Of a DNA stretch of 39,683 nt, positions 37,227-39,683 are shown piece by piece (position 1 is the first letter of the stretch; every line of letters starts with the position of its first letter). The position numbers and the translations under genes are program-made. The stretch comes from a virus. Its lineage: Duplodnaviria > Heunggongvirae > Uroviricota > Caudoviricetes. Location of the stretch: IMG/VR virus record IMGVR_UViG_2886169441_000004; one strand, written 5' to 3'. Below the pieces are notes generated by a model, which had not been told where the DNA came from, did no database searches, and saw only the letters and a program-made list of their open reading frames with translations.

Positions 37227-37649
37227 TTATGCCGGGCTGCTCCCGGCATCTTCTAGCTGCCATAATGTCTCGTCACCTGATAGAGCAAAACGAAATGAGT
37301 GAAGTATATCCCCCCGAGAGAAGCTCACGGCTACAGCTGCGGGAAAGTCAAATATAATCCCACCTTCATTTTTAAAACGATTACGCAATTGATAGGCTAT
37401 CGGTTTGATTTGTGCAGGAAGAGTATCTATATCTCTTCCATTGACAACAGAATCTTTGTTTTCAAGTACTGATTTAGCGATTAGATATAGATGCCAGTAA
37501 CTGGTTACAATTGTTACTCCTGTGATGTGTCGTAAATTAATTGCAATTCGTCCGTTATTATGTTTTTCCGCAAGGTATTTCAGGTTATCAATTAATGCTT
37601 GGTCATTTTTTGAAATAGTTATTGTGAAATCTGACGTGTTTGTTTTCAT
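37227..37649 (-). CDS. hypothetical protein, about 140 aa, AT-rich cargo gene in the early region
   Basis: ORF 37227..37892; start placed at the internal ATG 37649 (MKTNTSDF) because the upstream 80 codons are low-complexity and overlap the cox-like gene; GAGG upstream. Confidence 0.55.
   Translation of the reverse strand: MKTNTSDFTITISKNDQALIDNLKYLAEKHNNGRIAINLRHITGVTIVTSYWHLYLIAKSVLENKDSVVNGRDIDTLPAQIKPIAYQLRNRFKNEGGIIFDFPAAVAVSFSRGDILHSFRFALSGDETLWQLEDAGSSPA
37231..37250. terminator. hairpin GCCGGG-CTGCT-CCCGGC between convergent genes
   Basis: Stem read from sequence between the stops of 37029..37220 (+) and 37227..37649 (-). Confidence 0.45.
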
Positions 37650-37653
37650 ACGA

Positions 37654-38175
37654 TTAGTTGCCTCTGTTGTTTCTGAGTTGGTCCAGTTTTGAGCTTCTGC
37701 CTGTATAAACTCGCTTACCGTTAATGGTCTGGCAGTCTTCTTTATTAGCTGGAGAGAACTTCCTTTTCTGGCGGTCATACGTCCAGTAACTTTTCCAGTT
37801 GTGCCATTCTGGGGGCTCGTGCTCTGGTAGCTCATCAGCCAACTTGTCCCACTCTTTGGCGTTAAACCACCATACTCCGTCTGAGTTTTCATCTTCCGGG
37901 TTTGTGCGCGTCTTGTGTCCCGGCATTTGACCGCGATGAATGGCTACGCGCAGTGCAGATTTTGTTAGCCCAATATATGCCGCGCCTTTTTCCAGAGAGC
38001 AAAGCCCGGCGATCGGACCATCCAGCCGCAAAGTCGCTCCTTTTTTGTAGGAACGCTTTTTCTTGTTTTCTTCGTGCTCGTCGTCGTTGGCGGCATCAAT
38101 GGATCCGCTGAGTGCGTCACTTTCCTGAAGTGGTTGGTGGTCAGATAACTCTTTATCGGCAATGAAGTCCCGCAT
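37654..38175 (-). CDS. cox: Cox-like excisionase/regulator with an acidic N-terminal extension, 173 aa
   Basis: First gene of the early operon, divergent from C; HTH-like segment KGAAYIGLTKSALRVAIHRGQMP resembles the P2 Cox DNA-binding region; AAGAGGA Shine-Dalgarno. Confidence 0.6.
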   Translation of the reverse strand: MRDFIADKELSDHQPLQESDALSGSIDAANDDEHEENKKKRSYKKGATLRLDGPIAGLCSLEKGAAYIGLTKSALRVAIHRGQMPGHKTRTNPEDENSDGVWWFNAKEWDKLADELPEHEPPEWHNWKSYWTYDRQKRKFSPANKEDCQTINGKRVYTGRSSKLDQLRNNRGN

Positions 38176-38234
38176 TTGTTATCCTCTTGCGTTGGTGCGC
38201 TTGTCGCGCCTTGTGATGGTTTGTTTTGGCTTGT

Positions 38235-38290
38235 AAAGATAACCAAAAGGTTATCTTTGTGCGAGAGGTTAATACTCAAATGGTTATCTT
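38235..38290. promoter_or_regulatory. operator-like repeats in the cox/C divergent region: palindrome AAAGATAACC-AAAA-GGTTATCTTT plus a third GGTTATCTT copy
   Basis: 10-bp-arm palindrome at 38235..38258 and a direct repeat at 38282..38290 that overlaps the C start codon. Confidence 0.5.
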
Positions 38291-38621
38291 GTCAATAGAC
38301 TACGCAAAAAAGTTACGTCAGATACGTAAGGCGGAAGGGTTAACACAAAAGCAGTTTGCGGATATTACTGGGTTGTCTTTGGCAACCATAAGGAATTACG
38401 AATCGGGGCAAAAGAACGCTAGAGCAAAAATCGTTGAGGCGGTTCTGCAAGTCGATCGCTTTGAAAAATACATGCTGTGGCTAATAAAAGATAAGACGCT
38501 ACCTGTCGCCGGGCAGATTGCTCCGGCTCTCTCTCTTGATGGATCTATTCAGTCGGAGGGCGATCAGGTTTCAATCGGTATTACCCAAAAATCACCCCGA
38601 TCAGGCCGCAATGTTGGCTGA
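38280..38621 (+). CDS. C: immunity repressor C (HTH, XRE-like)
   Basis: HTH segment LTQKQFADITGLSLATIRNYESGQ and a C-terminal GQIAPAL block also found in P2 C; start placed at ATG 38280. Confidence 0.8.
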   Translation: MVILSIDYAKKLRQIRKAEGLTQKQFADITGLSLATIRNYESGQKNARAKIVEAVLQVDRFEKYMLWLIKDKTLPVAGQIAPALSLDGSIQSEGDQVSIGITQKSPRSGRNVG

Positions 38622-38690
38622 CTCTACACATTGAGCGAATTACATATCGCAAGGAGTGTTTAGTTAATTTATCCGTTGGAGGGGCTAATC

Positions 38691-39683
38691 ATGTCGATTA
38701 AGCAACTCAAAGACGGACGTTATCAGGTCGATGTCAGACCGCAGGGGGCGGAAGGAAAGCGGATTCGAAAAATCTTTGCCCTGAAATCAAAGGCTCAGGA
38801 GTTTGAGAAGTATGTGTTACAGAACTTTCATGACAAGCCATGGCAGGCTAAGCCAGCTGATCAGCGGCGATTATCAGAGCTGCTTGATGCGTGGTGGATG
38901 CTTGATGGGCGTAATCAGGCTTACGGGGATAGCTACAGGGTTAGGCTAGGGAAGGTTGTTCGTGAAATGGGAGATCCTCGCGCCAGTCAGATGACGCGAA
39001 AATTTATGCTTGAATATCGGTCAGAGAAATTACAGGCCGGATTAATGCCGTCCAGTATTAATCGTGACTTATGCGTACTGTCTACCATGTTCACGGTGCT
39101 GATTGAAGCTGAGGTCTTTCACAACGCGAACCCTGTACGCGGTATACGAAAACTGAAAGTTCAGAACACAGAGATGGCCTTTCTTTCTGATGATGAGATT
39201 GAACGGCTTCTTGAGCGACTGGAGGGTGATGTGCGTCGTGTTGCCATTCTGTGTCTTTCTACTGGTGCCCGATGGAGTGAAGCATCGGAACTACGTGGAG
39301 AGCATATCGTTGGCAACCGGGTGACGTTCTTTAACACCAAAAACGGAAAATCCCGTTCGGTTCCTGTGGCGGATTCGGTCGTGCCTCTGATTAAAACCCG
39401 TCGAACGGGGTTATTGTATCAGGTTGATTATCTGAAGTTCCGGGAGATTCTTCAGGAGGTGAAACCGGATTTGCCGAAGGGGCAGGCTACGCATGTCATG
39501 CGTCATACATTTGCCACACACTTTATGATGAATGGCGGAAATATTGTTACGTTGCAACGAATCCTGGGGCACGCAACGATTCAGCAAACAATGACGTACG
39601 CTCATTTTTCGCCGGACTTTTTACTGGACGCGATCAACTTTAATCCGCTGGCTGAAAGTGTCCATAAACTGTCCATCGATTAG
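38691..39683 (+). CDS. int: tyrosine integrase, P2 Int-like, complete 330 aa
   Basis: Similar to P2 Int along its length (MSIKQLKDGRYQVDVRP, AILCLSTGARWSEA, HVMRHTFATHFMMNGGNIVTLQRILGH, YAHFSP); GGAGGGG Shine-Dalgarno; stop codon is the last three bases of the window. Confidence 0.95.
   Translation: MSIKQLKDGRYQVDVRPQGAEGKRIRKIFALKSKAQEFEKYVLQNFHDKPWQAKPADQRRLSELLDAWWMLDGRNQAYGDSYRVRLGKVVREMGDPRASQMTRKFMLEYRSEKLQAGLMPSSINRDLCVLSTMFTVLIEAEVFHNANPVRGIRKLKVQNTEMAFLSDDEIERLLERLEGDVRRVAILCLSTGARWSEASELRGEHIVGNRVTFFNTKNGKSRSVPVADSVVPLIKTRRTGLLYQVDYLKFREILQEVKPDLPKGQATHVMRHTFATHFMMNGGNIVTLQRILGHATIQQTMTYAHFSPDFLLDAINFNPLAESVHKLSID

Larger units (their letters stand above)
1900..39683. mobile_element. 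P2-like prophage, near-complete; left boundary approximate, right end at or beyond the window edge
   Basis: Contiguous set of P2-family genes (ogr, D, FI, FII, E, T, U, H, I, J, W, V, S, R, X, L, M, N, O, P, Q, A, C, cox-like, int) adjacent to host serS. Confidence 0.9.

Overview
This window is almost entirely a P2-like (Peduovirus-type) prophage sitting just downstream of an intact host serS gene (1..1293). Calls rest on manual reading of the supplied ORF translations and the raw sequence; no database search was run, so family assignments are from recalled similarity and motifs. The prophage runs from an Ogr-type late activator (1931..2191) to a tyrosine integrase that ends at the window edge (38691..39683). 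Recognisable modules: tail genes D, FI, FII, E/E', T, U; a Pin/Hin-family invertase with an invertible tail-fibre segment; H-I-J-W-V-S-R tail and baseplate genes; a lysis cassette (holin, M15 endolysin, spanins); head genes X-L-M-N-O with divergent terminase P and portal Q; replication gene A and an early operon; Cox-like and C-repressor genes. Unusual points: (1) an AT-rich two-gene membrane-protein operon with its own leader, plus an adjacent unknown gene, in the cargo hotspot between portal and gene A - the best candidate for an undescribed accessory or defence system; (2) a ParM/ParR actin-type partition module with upstream stem-loop repeats next to gene A; (3) the FI-FII-E-T-U block is inverted relative to D and the rest of the tail cluster; (4) the invertible tail-fibre segment is bounded by gix-like sites but its fibre and tfa genes look decayed; (5) a NanS-p-like esterase moron between lysis and tail-completion genes; (6) a second AT-rich convergent gene pair in the early region.
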